A stretch of 64,000 bases of DNA from Dehalococcoidia bacterium (GTDB lineage Bacteria; Chloroflexota; Dehalococcoidia; Lucifugimonadales; JAGWBF01). This document shows, in pieces, positions 63,712-64,000 of the stretch (position 1 is the first letter of the stretch; each line of letters begins with the position of its first letter). The DNA is taken from positions 2,476,256 through 2,540,255 of the forward strand of contig OZ244780.1 of NCBI GenBank assembly GCA_965219565.1. The letters are read 5' to 3'. Under the pieces are notes generated by a model, which saw only the letters and a list, made by a program, of their open reading frames with translations, searched no databases and had not been told where the DNA came from. The position numbers were made by a program, and so were the translations under genes.

Positions 63712-64000
63712 CTACTTCTTGCCGCCAGTCCGGCGTCCGCGTCCGGCGACGGTCCTTCTGGGTCCCTTGCGAGTGCGTGCGTTTGTGCGAGTCCTCTGTC
63801 CTCTGACGGGCAGTCCCCGCCGGTGGCGCAGCCCCCGCGTGGAGCCGATTTCTATGAGCCTCCGGACGTTCATGGTCACTTCACGCCGGAGATCGCCTTC
63901 CACCTTGTATTCCTTGTCGATGATTTCCCGCAGCCGGTCGATTTCCGCTTCCGACAGCTCGGTGATTTTGGGCTTGGGTTCACCTTCTATGTCCGCCCGC
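63712..64000 (-). CDS. rpsM: 30S ribosomal protein S13 (N-terminus outside window)
   Basis: The frame is open to the window edge (...[30 protein letters not shown]...[24 protein letters not shown]). The tracked M at 63903 is an internal GTG. Confidence 0.9.
   Translation of the reverse strand, partial: RADIEGEPKPKITELSEAEIDRLREIIDKEYKVEGDLRREVTMNVRRLIEIGSTRGLRHRRGLPVRGQRTRTNARTRKGPRRTVAGRGRRTGGKK

Overview
This is a 64 kb, roughly 60% GC stretch of bacterial chromosome with about 60 protein genes and no rRNA, tRNA or CRISPR that I could find. All family calls come from reading the translated ORFs for motifs. No searches were run.

Core content:
- Right end: ribosomal cluster rpsM-rpsK-rpsD-rpoA-rplQ-truA-rplM-rpsI.
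- Housekeeping block: ftsK, rnj, uracil-DNA glycosylase, acpP, nusB, fabD, rpmF, yceD.
- A fused accD-accA, an Lhr helicase, and a split methylmalonyl-CoA mutase operon.
- Many paralogous acyl-CoA genes: 4 CaiB/BaiF CoA-transferases, 2 thiolase plus DUF35 pairs, 3 acyl-CoA-dehydrogenase-fold proteins, 2 luciferase-like oxidoreductases, enoyl-CoA hydratase and a double hot-dog hydratase. This content suggests a SAR202-like Chloroflexota genome, which is inference only.

Main findings:
1. Two genes carry an in-frame TGA exactly at a redox cysteine position. One is a U-G-S-C protein (44757..45293) coupled to an uncharacterised 347-aa partner. The other is a DUF3179 lipoprotein with U-P-L-C in place of C-P-L-C. 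Each TGA is followed 13 nt later by a hairpin with GUGU in its loop. Both are candidate selenoproteins that ordinary gene calling truncates.
2. An AT-rich islet (about 31.9-34.1 kb) holds an overlapping TcmP-like / DUF5131 (Gp37/Gp68 three-Cys) pair of unknown function. It lies next to a 61-bp duplication of the 3-prime end of a thiolase gene.
3. A solitary 964-aa N6-adenine-type methyltransferase has a possible N-terminal nuclease-like motif and an AT-shifted C-terminal third.
4. A family of composite hairpin repeats occurs at five intergenic sites. Two copies bracket the mutase large-subunit gene.
5. Two apparent 1-nt frame problems sit at G/C homopolymers, at the nusB 5-prime end and in the DUF3179 gene.
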